Assembly (NCBI GenBank): GCA_963719225.1
Contig: CAVRAY010000001.1
Location: 3,136,001 to 3,200,000, forward strand
DNA length: 64,000 nt
Origin: Thermoanaerobaculia bacterium
Lineage (GTDB): Bacteria > Acidobacteriota > Thermoanaerobaculia > UBA5066
Direction: 5' to 3'
Under the pieces are notes generated by a model. It ran no database searches and was not told the DNA's origin. It worked only from the letters and a program-made list of their open reading frames with translations. This document shows, piece after piece, positions 1 to 9,800 of this stretch. Made by a program: the position numbers and the translations under genes. Within the stretch, counting starts at the first letter, position 1, and each line of letters begins with the position of its first letter.

Positions 1-1
1 C

Positions 2-169
2 GTTTCGCGCAAGCACGCACAGGTGATCGTCGGGCCCTCCGGCGTCTTCGTCGTCGACCTCGAATCGGAGAACGGCGTCGTCGTGAACGGGCGGCGCGTG
101 GACAAGGTGCAGCTCGCGGACGGCGACGTGCTCACGCTCGGCAAGCAGCGGCTCGTCTTCCACGCCTGA
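2..169 (+). CDS. FHA-domain protein, C-terminal fragment (5' end outside window)
   Basis: Manual translation VSRKHAQVIVGPSGVFVVDLESENGVVVNGRRVDKVQLADGDVLTLGKQRLVFHA* has the FHA SRxHA, DLxSxNG and L.DGD.L.LG motifs; TGA at 167-169. Confidence 0.9.
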   Translation, partial: VSRKHAQVIVGPSGVFVVDLESENGVVVNGRRVDKVQLADGDVLTLGKQRLVFHA

Positions 170-234
170 CGCGGCCACGGGCTGCGCCGGCCCCGCTTCT
201 TGACGGAGTTACCGGGTAATCCGATCATCGATCG

Positions 235-2361
235 GTGCAAGAGTCCGAAGGAATCGAGACCGCGCGACTTCTGCCGCCGGCGGGGACGAATGCTCCCTTC
301 GGCCTGCACGTCGTTCTGGACGTCCCGGGCACCGACCCGGGCCGGTCTCCTTTCGTGCGGCTTTCCGAGGCCGACGACCTGGCGCGCGTCTATCTGGCTG
401 CCGTGAAGGGGGACGACGGCACTCTGATCGAACTTTGTGCGCTGAAGCTGGTACCGGACGCATGGCCGGAAGGCGTCGCGCCGGGAGCGCTCGATCTGAC
501 GAACCGCGATCTCGAGGAGCGCTGGGAAAGAGAGAGATCGCGTCTCGTCGGTCTCAACGCGCAGTCGCCCCACTTCCCTCGCCTCGTCCGGCTCGACGAT
601 CCCGCAGGAGAGACGGGCGACCGCCTCCCCCCGCTCCTCTTTTCGCGCGTCGAGCGCTCGTTCTTCGTTCCGCCCTGCCCCGCCTGCAAGAGCCCGCTCT
701 CGCTCTGCCGCGACGAGGCATGGCTCGCGCACACGGGCCTCCCTTCCTACGCTTCGTCGCGGGAGCGCTTCGTCTGGTGCGAAAGCTGCGCCCAGGGACA
801 CGGAGCGCCGACCGTCTACTCGACGTCGAAGATCACCACACCGGGCGCGATCGTCCGCTCGGCCGGCGACCTTCTTGACGACCTCCAGCGCGCTCTCCGC
901 GAAGTCCTGACGGAGGAGGAGGCCGCGGCTCTGGTGGGCCCCCAGACCGCGAAAGCCGCACGGGCCGACCGGGCCAACGTGCGGGATCTCTTCACGCCGC
1001 TGACGTTTTACGGATCGCCCTTCCTCGTGACCGTGGCGGCTCCTCTCGACCTCGAGTCCCTCGCCGATGCGCTGGGCGGCAGGCCCTGGGAGGAATTCGA
1101 AGTGCGCCTCGCCCGTGCGGGCGGCGCCCTTCCGGCACGTTGGGCCTGGCTCGTCAAGGCCCCGCCACCGAATCGGCGGCTCCTTTTCGCTCAGGAGAGC
1201 AGCGGCCTCGATGCCGTCGAGATCTTCTTTCTGAAGCTCACCGCGTTCCGCCAGATCCTCGACGGTCTCGTCGACTATTACCGGGCCGCGGGACGGCCTC
1301 ACCTGGACCTCCATCCCCGTCATCTGCTCTTCGAGCTTTCGGGAGCCGGCGACGGCCTTCCGCTCCTCTGGACGTTCCAGGTCCGGATCCACGGGCTGGC
1401 CGCGGCCGCGCTGGCGCTCAAGGCCCCGGGCAATCCCTCGGTCGTCCTCCCCGGACACGGCATCGGCGTCCCCTACGCGTCCTCCGAGATCCAGGAGTTC
1501 CGCCTGGCCGGCTACCGGCCGTGCGAGCTCGTCTTCACCGACCTCGAGGAGGACAGCGCGGGATCGCGCCGCTTCCACGTACGCGGCCGCGTCTCCGATG
1601 CGTACGGGCTGTATCCCGCGCCGCAGCCGCGCGACACGATCTTCCTGTCGGTCCCCGATCCGGCTCTCGACTTCGGATTCACCGGCCTCTCCGTCCGGGC
1701 GGTGCCCGGAGAGATCCGCTCGGGCGAAGCCGTGTTCACGAGCGAGCTCGTCGCGCTCGAGGAAAACGGACTGCGCCGGCTCCGGATGGCTCTCGGCACG
1801 AAGATCCCCGGCGCGCGCTACCGCGTCTTTCCGGATTTCGGCACGCCGAGCGACCTGCACGCGCTCGGCGTCTCCCTGCTCCGCCTCCTGCTCCGGAACG
1901 ACGGACAGGACGTCGCGACCGTGGTCCGGACCGCCGAGCGGCTCTCCCGCGAAATCTCGGGACTCGCGCCCGGAGAGTCCCGCCGCGGCGTCACTCTCTC
2001 CGCGCTGCTCAAACGCGTTCCCGATGCGGCGGGAGTCTTCTCGAAGACACAGATCTTCTGGAGCCAGGACGACCGCCGCGCCGGGCGTCCGAATGCCGTT
2101 CCGGAGACGCTCTGGGAGCGTGCCCTCCTCCTCGCTCTCCGCCTCGTCACGCGCGCCGCGGGCTTCTCGGTCGCGGCGACTCCCGCCGACTTCGATCCGC
2201 TCTTCCGGGAGGAGAAGCTCGAACGGATCATCCCCGAGGTCGTGTCGCTCCTCGCCGAGCTTCAGACGCTCCTCTTCGAGCGGCAGTCCGTGCACCTCGA
2301 GATCCAGCAGGTTCTGGCGGAGATCCAGGAGAGCGAGCGCTCCTCCGAGGCGCGCCGATGA
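235..2361 (+). CDS. Divergent Ser/Thr kinase-fold protein (probable pseudokinase) with Cys4 Zn-ribbon-like insert
   Basis: 708 aa. Kinase-like motifs in order: ARVYLA, CALKL, EERWERE, HLDLHPRHLL, SDLHALGVSLLRLL. CPAC...C...CESC lies in an insert. Stop overlaps the next ATG (ATGA). Confidence 0.65.
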   Translation: MQESEGIETARLLPPAGTNAPFGLHVVLDVPGTDPGRSPFVRLSEADDLARVYLAAVKGDDGTLIELCALKLVPDAWPEGVAPGALDLTNRDLEERWERERSRLVGLNAQSPHFPRLVRLDDPAGETGDRLPPLLFSRVERSFFVPPCPACKSPLSLCRDEAWLAHTGLPSYASSRERFVWCESCAQGHGAPTVYSTSKITTPGAIVRSAGDLLDDLQRALREVLTEEEAAALVGPQTAKAARADRANVRDLFTPLTFYGSPFLVTVAAPLDLESLADALGGRPWEEFEVRLARAGGALPARWAWLVKAPPPNRRLLFAQESSGLDAVEIFFLKLTAFRQILDGLVDYYRAAGRPHLDLHPRHLLFELSGAGDGLPLLWTFQVRIHGLAAAALALKAPGNPSVVLPGHGIGVPYASSEIQEFRLAGYRPCELVFTDLEEDSAGSRRFHVRGRVSDAYGLYPAPQPRDTIFLSVPDPALDFGFTGLSVRAVPGEIRSGEAVFTSELVALEENGLRRLRMALGTKIPGARYRVFPDFGTPSDLHALGVSLLRLLLRNDGQDVATVVRTAERLSREISGLAPGESRRGVTLSALLKRVPDAAGVFSKTQIFWSQDDRRAGRPNAVPETLWERALLLALRLVTRAAGFSVAATPADFDPLFREEKLERIIPEVVSLLAELQTLLFERQSVHLEIQQVLAEIQESERSSEARR

Positions 2362-4328
2362 GCGCGCCTGCTTTCGTCGCCGTCGAGGTGTGGCTCGGAC
2401 CGATGGAAGGCCTTCGCTACGTCGCCCCGGCCGGGAACGCGACGGCCACGATCCACATCGGCCGTGTCTCCGTGGACAAGAAGACGAACACGAAGAACGA
2501 GTTCGTGCTCTCCTACGGCCACGGCGTGTCGTCGACGCACGCCGAGCTCCGCTTCGAGCGCGGCCGCCTCTTTCTGAAAGACGCCGGGTCGACGAACGGG
2601 ACATCGATCCAGTCCGGTCACGTCACCGGCGAGGTCGAGATCCGTTCCGGCGACGTCTTCCTCGTCTCCTCGACTCCGGTCAAGGTCCGATTCGTCGACG
2701 CGCCCCTTCCCGAGATGCCGTTCCCGCGCGTCCTCAGGGGGGAGGCGTGGCCGGACCCTGCGGTTCAGAGCATCATGCAGGGTGCCCGCGAGGCGGCCGT
2801 CCAGCGCGGCGAGCTGTTCACCGACACGCGCCACCTCTGCGACGCGATACTCCGCTCGCGCAGCCCGAGCATTCAGCGGATCCTCAGGGACGCGACCTGG
2901 TCGCGCGAGCAGGCGCTGACGGAGCTCTGGGAAGGCCGCCTCTTCGCGGGGACCTACACGTGGCTGAACGATCTTTTCCTGCAGCCCATCGGCCTCAAGA
3001 CCGGCTCCGACGAGCTGATCCTCTCGCCCAAGGTCGGGTTCCTGCTCGAGGAGGCCCAACGCAGCCAGGTCGAATCGTCGGCGGTGGAGCTGGAGACGAC
3101 GCTCCGCCACGAGCTCCTGACGTTGCTCAGGCGGGACACGGAGAGCGCCGTGGGCTCGTGGCTCGCCCGACGGCTTCCGGACCTCACCCCGAAGGAGAAG
3201 CCGAAGCCGTCGACGCCTGCCGCCTCCGGTCGTCCGTCGACACCCGCCGCGACGCCTTCGTCGCCTTCCGGCCAGATCCGGCGCCCGCCGATCACGAAGA
3301 CGAAGCCCGTGAAAGCAGCGGAGGTCTTCGTCGAACGCGTCGCGAACCTCCTCGACGAGAAGACCCCGAAAGCCAGCTCTCTTCCTCCGGTCGAAGAGGC
3401 GGCGCTCGAGCACGTGCACGCTCCCGCCGGACCGGGCGCAGCGCTCGCCGGCGCTCCGCTCACCGCGGAGGAGATCGCTCTCGACCGGAAGGCGCGTGAG
3501 CTCGGCGACGCGCTCCTGCGCGAGTCCGCCGCCTATCGCTTCTCGACGCCGGCCGACCGGCGCGAGGCTCTCCGGTCACTCGTCGTCAAGGAGCTTCACA
3601 CTCTCCAGCCCGGGCGCCGGCCGCGCGTGCTGGAGCAGCTCCGGCTCCAGTTTCCCGTCGTCGCCCCGGGCGACGTGCCGAACCTCGAGGAGCTTCGGCT
3701 CCGACGCCGGGTGGCCGAGCTGGAGAAGCGTCTCGCCGAGGCCGCCTCCCGGCCGGCCGCGGCCGCCTCCAAGACGGCCGTCGCCTCCGCTCTGCCGTGG
3801 CGGACCCTGCTGACGAAGGACGACGACAAGGCTTCGACCCTCGAGCCCAGGCTCGCCGTCGTGCGCGACGTCCTCCGGTTCGCCCAGGACGTCGAGACGT
3901 TCGTCCTCGGGCTCGTCGAAGCGATGACGATGCCGGGGGCCGAGACCGCGAGCTTCCGCCTTCCGAACTTCCGCGACCGGCTGAGCGGTTTCCTCGCGAC
4001 GGCCGCCGAAGGGAAGGACGTGAACCCGGACGACGTCCGGGACTACCTCGCCGAGCTGCGCCGCTGGCAGATCGCCATTTCGGCGGGGCATCACGAGGCT
4101 CCGAAGTTGTGGTTCACCAAGCTCTGGAAGAGAATCAGCCCGTCCGTCATCGAGGCGGGGAAACCGGGAGGAGCGGGGTGGAAGCTCCGCGGGGAGACGG
4201 CCGAATGGTGGAACCAGTATCGCGACCTCGTGAAGGACCTCAACCCCGATCTCGTTCAGGACCAGGTTCTCCAGGCCGCGGCGCACTTCTCGCAGGCGGA
4301 ATACGACAAGCTCAACAAGAGGAAGTAG
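2358..4328 (+). CDS. tagH: T6SS FHA protein (TagH/Fha-like) with inserted Clp N-terminal-like repeats
   Basis: N-terminal FHA (IGR...VSSTHAEL...LKDAGSTNGT). Clp-N-like segment (QSIMQGAREAAVQRGELFTDTRHLCDAIL; ILSPKVGFLLEEAQ). C-terminus resembles the TagH C-domain (LAELRRWQIAISAG...ISPSVIE...AEWWNQYRDL). Start set at ATG 2358. Confidence 0.75.
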   Translation: MSAPAFVAVEVWLGPMEGLRYVAPAGNATATIHIGRVSVDKKTNTKNEFVLSYGHGVSSTHAELRFERGRLFLKDAGSTNGTSIQSGHVTGEVEIRSGDVFLVSSTPVKVRFVDAPLPEMPFPRVLRGEAWPDPAVQSIMQGAREAAVQRGELFTDTRHLCDAILRSRSPSIQRILRDATWSREQALTELWEGRLFAGTYTWLNDLFLQPIGLKTGSDELILSPKVGFLLEEAQRSQVESSAVELETTLRHELLTLLRRDTESAVGSWLARRLPDLTPKEKPKPSTPAASGRPSTPAATPSSPSGQIRRPPITKTKPVKAAEVFVERVANLLDEKTPKASSLPPVEEAALEHVHAPAGPGAALAGAPLTAEEIALDRKARELGDALLRESAAYRFSTPADRREALRSLVVKELHTLQPGRRPRVLEQLRLQFPVVAPGDVPNLEELRLRRRVAELEKRLAEAASRPAAAASKTAVASALPWRTLLTKDDDKASTLEPRLAVVRDVLRFAQDVETFVLGLVEAMTMPGAETASFRLPNFRDRLSGFLATAAEGKDVNPDDVRDYLAELRRWQIAISAGHHEAPKLWFTKLWKRISPSVIEAGKPGGAGWKLRGETAEWWNQYRDLVKDLNPDLVQDQVLQAAAHFSQAEYDKLNKRK

Positions 4329-4333
4329 ACGCG

Positions 4334-4804
4334 ATGCCGATCTCCGAAGCGAAGCCCGACCGGTTCCTCCAACTCACCGCTCTCACCCTCGTGCTCGCAG
4401 GCGCCGCGTTTGCCGGAGCCTGCGGCTCCGCCTCGGCGACCGTGGCGTTCAAGTGCGCGCCCGAGATCAACGGCGGGACTCTCCTCACGGTCGACGTCGT
4501 TCGGGCCACCGAACCCGAGGTCGAGAGGATCCGCGCCCTCGGCGAAAAGTGGTTCTACGACCCGCTCCGCGAGTCCCTGCGGGACAGGACGCGGACGGCC
4601 ACCTTCTCGCAGAGCGAAGGCCGGTGCGAAAAGGAGGTGACCGTCCCGGCGACCAAGGATGACAAGTTCCTGGTGATCGTCGCGGACTACCGTTTCCAGA
4701 GCGCCGACCCGGGGCGCTACCTCGTCGTGCTGCGAAGGGACCAATGGAAGGGCCGGACGATCCGGGTCCAGGTCCGCGACCGGGAATTCTCGATCGTCCA
4801 GTGA
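4334..4804 (+). CDS. tssJ: TssJ-like T6SS lipoprotein
   Basis: Hydrophobic signal with lipobox FAGAC, EING...LTVDVV and LVIVADYR motifs; directly upstream of tssK. Confidence 0.7.
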   Translation: MPISEAKPDRFLQLTALTLVLAGAAFAGACGSASATVAFKCAPEINGGTLLTVDVVRATEPEVERIRALGEKWFYDPLRESLRDRTRTATFSQSEGRCEKEVTVPATKDDKFLVIVADYRFQSADPGRYLVVLRRDQWKGRTIRVQVRDREFSIVQ

Positions 4805-6171
4805 AGAAAAGCAGACCTGTCCTCTGGGCCGAGGGAATGTTCCTTCGGCCGCATCACCTGCAGGCGGCGGAGCGATTCCGGGAGGAGGCGCTCCACGACG
4901 AGGTGCGGCGCATCCAGCCTTTCTTCTGGGGCGTCACGCGAATGGAGATCGCCGCGGACCAGCTCGAGAACTTCGTCTTCGAGCTGCGCGACATCGAGGC
5001 GAAGCTGAAGGACGGGTCCGTCCTCTCGGCCGGCTCGAACCTCCGGATCTTTCCGCGCCCGTTCAAGGTCGAGCTCGAGCAGGCGGGCGGCCGGATGGAC
5101 GTTTTCATCGGCGTGCCGGTCTTCCGGGAGGACGCGCCGAACACGTTCTTTCCCGGAGAGGACCGGCGGGGCCAGGACCGCCGCCTCACGGCCGAAGTCC
5201 TCGAGGTGCCGGACGAGAACACGGGCGCGAACCGCCAGCCCGTCGAGACGCGCCTCGTGAACGGGCGCCTCTTCTTCGGGAGCGAGACCCGGGACGGCTA
5301 CGAGTGCGTGCCCCTCGCGATCGTGGAGCGCTCGGGCCAGGGGAAGAACTTCCCGATCCTCTCGAAGGACTTCATCCCGCCCGTGACGGAGATCGGGGCG
5401 TCGACCGCGCTCCAGACCCTCTGCGAGTCGGTCACGAACAGGCTCGAGGCCAAACATCGGCTCGTCCTGACCGAGGTCGCCTCGGGGCGGCTGACGATCG
5501 AGTCGGAAGGGACGTCGGGCTGGCAGACGCTCATGAAGCTGAAGATCCTCGGCAGCTTCGTCTACATCCTCCAGCAGCTCACGCGGATCCCGCGCGTGCA
5601 TCCGTTCCCGGTCTACTGCGAGTTCGCGCGCCTGCTCGGAGACCTCGCCATCTTCGACGAGGGGCGAAGGCCCCTGAAGGTGCCACTTTACGACCATGAC
5701 CGCCTCGGCCCCTGCTTCTTCGACCTCTGCCACAACATCGAGCTGCTCACCGAGAAAGTCGTCGCCTCGCGCTTCATCAGGGTCGAGTTCGTCCTCAAGG
5801 ACGATCTTCTCGTCGCCGAGATGCAGCCCGAATGGTTCACGAGCGAGGCGGAGTTCTTCCTCTCCGTGGAGACGGAGCTGCCCGAGCGCGAGCTCAAGGA
5901 GCGGCTCAACACGATGAAGGTCGGCGCCGTGCACGACATCCCGCTGCTGCGGCAACGGCGCCTCTTCGGCCTCGACCTCGAGATGCTCAAGCGGATCCCG
6001 TCGGGGCTTCCGGCCGGAGACGACCACTACTACTTCACGATCGAGAAGGAAGGGATCTACTGGGCCAACGTGGTGAAGGAGCACGTGATGGCCGTCTCGG
6101 GCATGCTCGATCCGAAGCTCAGGTTCTTCCTCTATGTCGTTACCAAGCCGATGAGCGCGACCCGTGGATAG
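4801..6171 (+). CDS. tssK: T6SS baseplate subunit TssK
   Basis: VLWAEGMFLRPHHLQ N-terminal signature and YDHDRLGPCF motif; GTG start overlaps the previous stop. Confidence 0.93.
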   Translation: MKKSRPVLWAEGMFLRPHHLQAAERFREEALHDEVRRIQPFFWGVTRMEIAADQLENFVFELRDIEAKLKDGSVLSAGSNLRIFPRPFKVELEQAGGRMDVFIGVPVFREDAPNTFFPGEDRRGQDRRLTAEVLEVPDENTGANRQPVETRLVNGRLFFGSETRDGYECVPLAIVERSGQGKNFPILSKDFIPPVTEIGASTALQTLCESVTNRLEAKHRLVLTEVASGRLTIESEGTSGWQTLMKLKILGSFVYILQQLTRIPRVHPFPVYCEFARLLGDLAIFDEGRRPLKVPLYDHDRLGPCFFDLCHNIELLTEKVVASRFIRVEFVLKDDLLVAEMQPEWFTSEAEFFLSVETELPERELKERLNTMKVGAVHDIPLLRQRRLFGLDLEMLKRIPSGLPAGDDHYYFTIEKEGIYWANVVKEHVMAVSGMLDPKLRFFLYVVTKPMSATRG

Positions 6172-6862
6172 CAGCAACAGCACGACCGATCTCTTCCGGC
6201 TCTGCTCCCGCCTTTTCCTGTTCCTCAGCTCGTTCCGGCAGAAGGTCCGCCGCGGCGTGAAGCTCGAGCCCGACGCGGTCGCCGCCGACCTCGAGGAGAT
6301 CTTCGACGAGCAGGCGCGCAACGCCCGGAGCGACCCGCGCCTCGACGCGCTCTACGAGAAGGCGCGCTATCCGCTCGTCGTCCTCGCGGACGAGATCCTC
6401 CTCCATTCCGGCTGGGAACACAGCGCGGAATGGGAGCAGCGCATCTTCGAGGAGAAGTACTTCAAGACGAACATCGGCGGCGACCAGTTCTTCTCGATCG
6501 CCAAGGAGCTCCGTTCCGAGGACGTCGAGCTCGCGGCCATCGTCTTCACCGGCCTGGCGCTCGGGTTCCGCGGCAAGTACCGCGAGCGCCCCGAGAAGGC
6601 CATCGAGATCAAGAACCGCGTCTACCGCCTCCTGGCGGAATACCTCGCGGACGTCGGCGACAAGATCACGCCCGAGGCGTACCACGTCACGGCGGCCCCG
6701 GCGCGCAAGCTCTCGCCCGCGATCACCCTCGCGCGCGTGGCGATCGTCGGCGTGGGAATCCTCTTCCTCTACTACGCGATCACGTGGCTCATGTGGGCCC
6801 GCTCGGTCGACGACCTCCGGACGGTCGTGCAATCCATGGGCCTCGCGATGGGGCTGATGTAG
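6164..6862 (+). CDS. tssL: T6SS membrane subunit TssL (DotU)
   Basis: ARYPLVVLADEILL, GGDQFF, LALGFRGKY motifs and a C-terminal TM helix. Confidence 0.93.
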   Translation: MDSSNSTTDLFRLCSRLFLFLSSFRQKVRRGVKLEPDAVAADLEEIFDEQARNARSDPRLDALYEKARYPLVVLADEILLHSGWEHSAEWEQRIFEEKYFKTNIGGDQFFSIAKELRSEDVELAAIVFTGLALGFRGKYRERPEKAIEIKNRVYRLLAEYLADVGDKITPEAYHVTAAPARKLSPAITLARVAIVGVGILFLYYAITWLMWARSVDDLRTVVQSMGLAMGLM

Positions 6863-6866
6863 AGCC

Positions 6867-9800
6867 ATGCAGGAGTTCCTTCAGCTCCTCCAGGGGCTTC
6901 CGCGGCCGCTCAAGTACCTCGGCGCCGCCATCCTGTTCATCCCGCTGGGCTACTTCCTCATCAACCTTCTCGGGCTCCAGAAATACTGGTGGCTCTTCCT
7001 GCTCGGCCTCCTCCTCATCGTGGTGGCCATCATCGTCTTCGAGCAGATTCGCAAGGGCCGGGAAAAGCAGAAGGGCGCGGCGTTCGAGGGAGAGCTCCGG
7101 AAAGACTCGCAGTCCGGCGGCGCATCGCGGGAAGAGGTGCGCGAGGCCCTGAAGGACCTTTCGGCCAAGTGGCTGGAGGCGGTCCAGAATCTCAAGGCCG
7201 CCGGACTCGACATCTACTCGCTGCCCTGGTACCTCCTGATCGGGGAGCCGCAGTCGGGAAAGAGCACGACCCTCAAGAACTCGGGGCTGGAGTTCCCCGT
7301 GGGCGGGGACGCGCTCTCGGGAGCCGGCGGGACGCGCAACTGCGACTGGTGGTTCGCGAACGAGGCGGTCATCCTCGACACGGCCGGGCGCTTCACGTTC
7401 CAGGAGGAAGCCGCTCCCGACGCTTCGGAGTGGTCGAGCTTCCTCAAGCTCCTGAGAAAGCACAGGCCTTACTGCCCCATCAACGGCGTCCTCGTCGTCA
7501 TTCCGGCGACGTCGCTCCTCGAGGACACCCCGGAAGAGCAGGACAAGAAGGCGCAGAACGTCCGGGCGAAGCTGATCCACATCCAGCGGCTCCTCGACAT
7601 CCGGTTCCCGATCTTCTTCCTGATCACCAAGGCCGACCGCGCGCTCGGCTTCTCCGAGTTCTTCACGAAGCTCGACCCGGTCGAGCAGCGACAGCTCTTC
7701 GGCTGGTCGAATCCCGCCGGCCCCGAGAAGCCGTACGAGCCGAACGTCGTGGATGCGGCCTGGGACCAGATCGTCACGCGCGTCCACAAGCTCCGGCTGA
7801 AGTTCCTCTCGGGCGAGGAAAACGCCGCGAACGCCGACCGGTTCATCGTCTTCCCGGAGGAGCTGCGCGCCCTGAAAGAGCCGGTCCGGCGCTATCTCGA
7901 CGGCATCCTCACGCAGAGCCGTTACGACGAGCCGTTCGTCTTCCGCGGGTTCTACATCTCGAGCGGCGTCCAGCAGGGCAAGCCGATCGCGCAGGCCACG
8001 CGCGACCTTCTCAAGGGTCCGTCGGGCACCCAGGGCGACATCATCGAGAGCCTCGAGAACATCTTCAAGAAATCGCGCGCCTTCTTCATCAAGGACTTCT
8101 ACGAGAAGAAGGTCTTCCCGGAGCAGGGCCTCGTCGTGCGGACGCGCGCGGCCGCCGAGCGCGAGAAGAAGACCACGCTCGTCTTCCGGATCCTGACGTG
8201 GGCGATCCTGCCGCTGATCATCCTGACGATGATTCCGGCGTTCCTGTCGCTCCGCCGGATCCTGAACCCGATCCGGACGCACGCCGCGCAGGCGCAGGCC
8301 TGCATGAAGCAGCCCTGCTCGATCGCCCAGAAGTACGAGCTGACCCGGCTCCTCTACGAGGACCGCGTCGGCCTCGGCCGGCACCCGTTCCTGCTCGGCC
8401 TCTTCCTGAGGGGGGCGAAGTCGAACGAGATCCACACGCTCCTCGCGACCGTCCAGCAGAAGCTTTTCTTCGACGGAGTCGTCCGGCCGCTCCTCAAGGA
8501 GTCCGAGGCGCGGATGGCCGCGTTGAACTGGGAGACCTTCTCCGACTACTCCGCCTTCTTCGGCGCGCTTCAGAGCTTCCTGTCGTGGCGGGGCTTCGAC
8601 CAGTCCCTCAAGAAGGCGGACGGTACGGACGCCTTCCGCGCGGAGGACCTGCGTCTCCTCGGCCTCGTCAACTTCGCCCAGAAGACGAAGGGGATCACGG
8701 GGAGCGAGTACGCCGCCGAAATCGACGAGTGGGCCGCCCAGATCACGCCGGCCGATCCGAGGCCGGACCAGTTCGTCACGCAGCTCGCGCGCGGGCGCAC
8801 GGCGGGCGACCTGAAAGTCGCCGTCCCCGATCCGAGCCGTCCGATCGACACGTTCGAGCGGTACTGGACCGTGGCGAACCTCGCGCGCTGGGACTGGAAG
8901 CTCATGAAGGGGCTCGAGGAATGGGTCCGGCTCTACACCTCTCTCACGGGGATCGTCGATCCGCAGCAGGCGAGCTACCTGAAGCGCGCTGCCGACACGG
9001 GCAAGCAGTTCAAGGCGAACTACGAGGCCCTGAGCAAGCACCTCGAGACCCCGCGTCCGGGAGAGAGGGGATTCCCGGGGGCGAACGTCGAGCAGTGGCA
9101 GCGCTACCTGACCGAGTCCTACGCGCACCTCCTGACGTTCGGTCCGCCCGCCGCCTCCGCACCGGCCGCTCCCGCGACCGCCGCGACCGCGCCCGCGACG
9201 ACCGCCGGCAGCGTCGCGCCGCCTCCTCTCCCGGCTCTGCCTCCGCCTTCCCTCCCCGGCGGGACGATCGCGGCGACCTTCCACCCCGCTGCGCAGACGC
9301 GCGTCAACACGTCGAAGCTCCAGGAGCTGATCGGGCGCCTTCAAGTCGACTCCGCGAATCTGGGGGCGCAGAAGAGCGGCTTCGCGTTCCTTCTCGACGA
9401 GACCTCGATCCCCGGAAAGACGAAGCTCGCGAACCCGACCGTTCTCGTCAGCGGACTGCTCTCCGACGTCGCCGGCTACGCGGACCTCGAGGCTTTCCGG
9501 GCGACCGACGACGGGAAGATCCTGACCCAGGTGAACACGATCTCCTCCCTCGACGGCAAGAAGCAGAAGCTCGAGGAATGGCAGAAGCGGCAGGAGGATT
9601 CGAAGAACGCGGCCGTCGCGAAGGCGCCCGATTTCGAGAGGGCGAATCCGGACCCGCGTTTCCGCGCGGGCGAGGTCGTTCCCTTCGCGCGAAGGACCGC
9701 GGAGCTCGCGCTCCTCGCGCGCGTGCTTCCGCCGGTTCAGGAGTTCCTGACGGCGTCCATCGGCTCGAGCTGCAACCCCGCCATCTGCTTCCAGAAGCCC

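Noticed and set aside
1140-2357. 5' extension of the 1062-aa ORF
   Set aside because: It overlaps the 235-2361 gene in another frame and is Arg/Pro-rich shadow translation; the real gene starts at ATG 2358.
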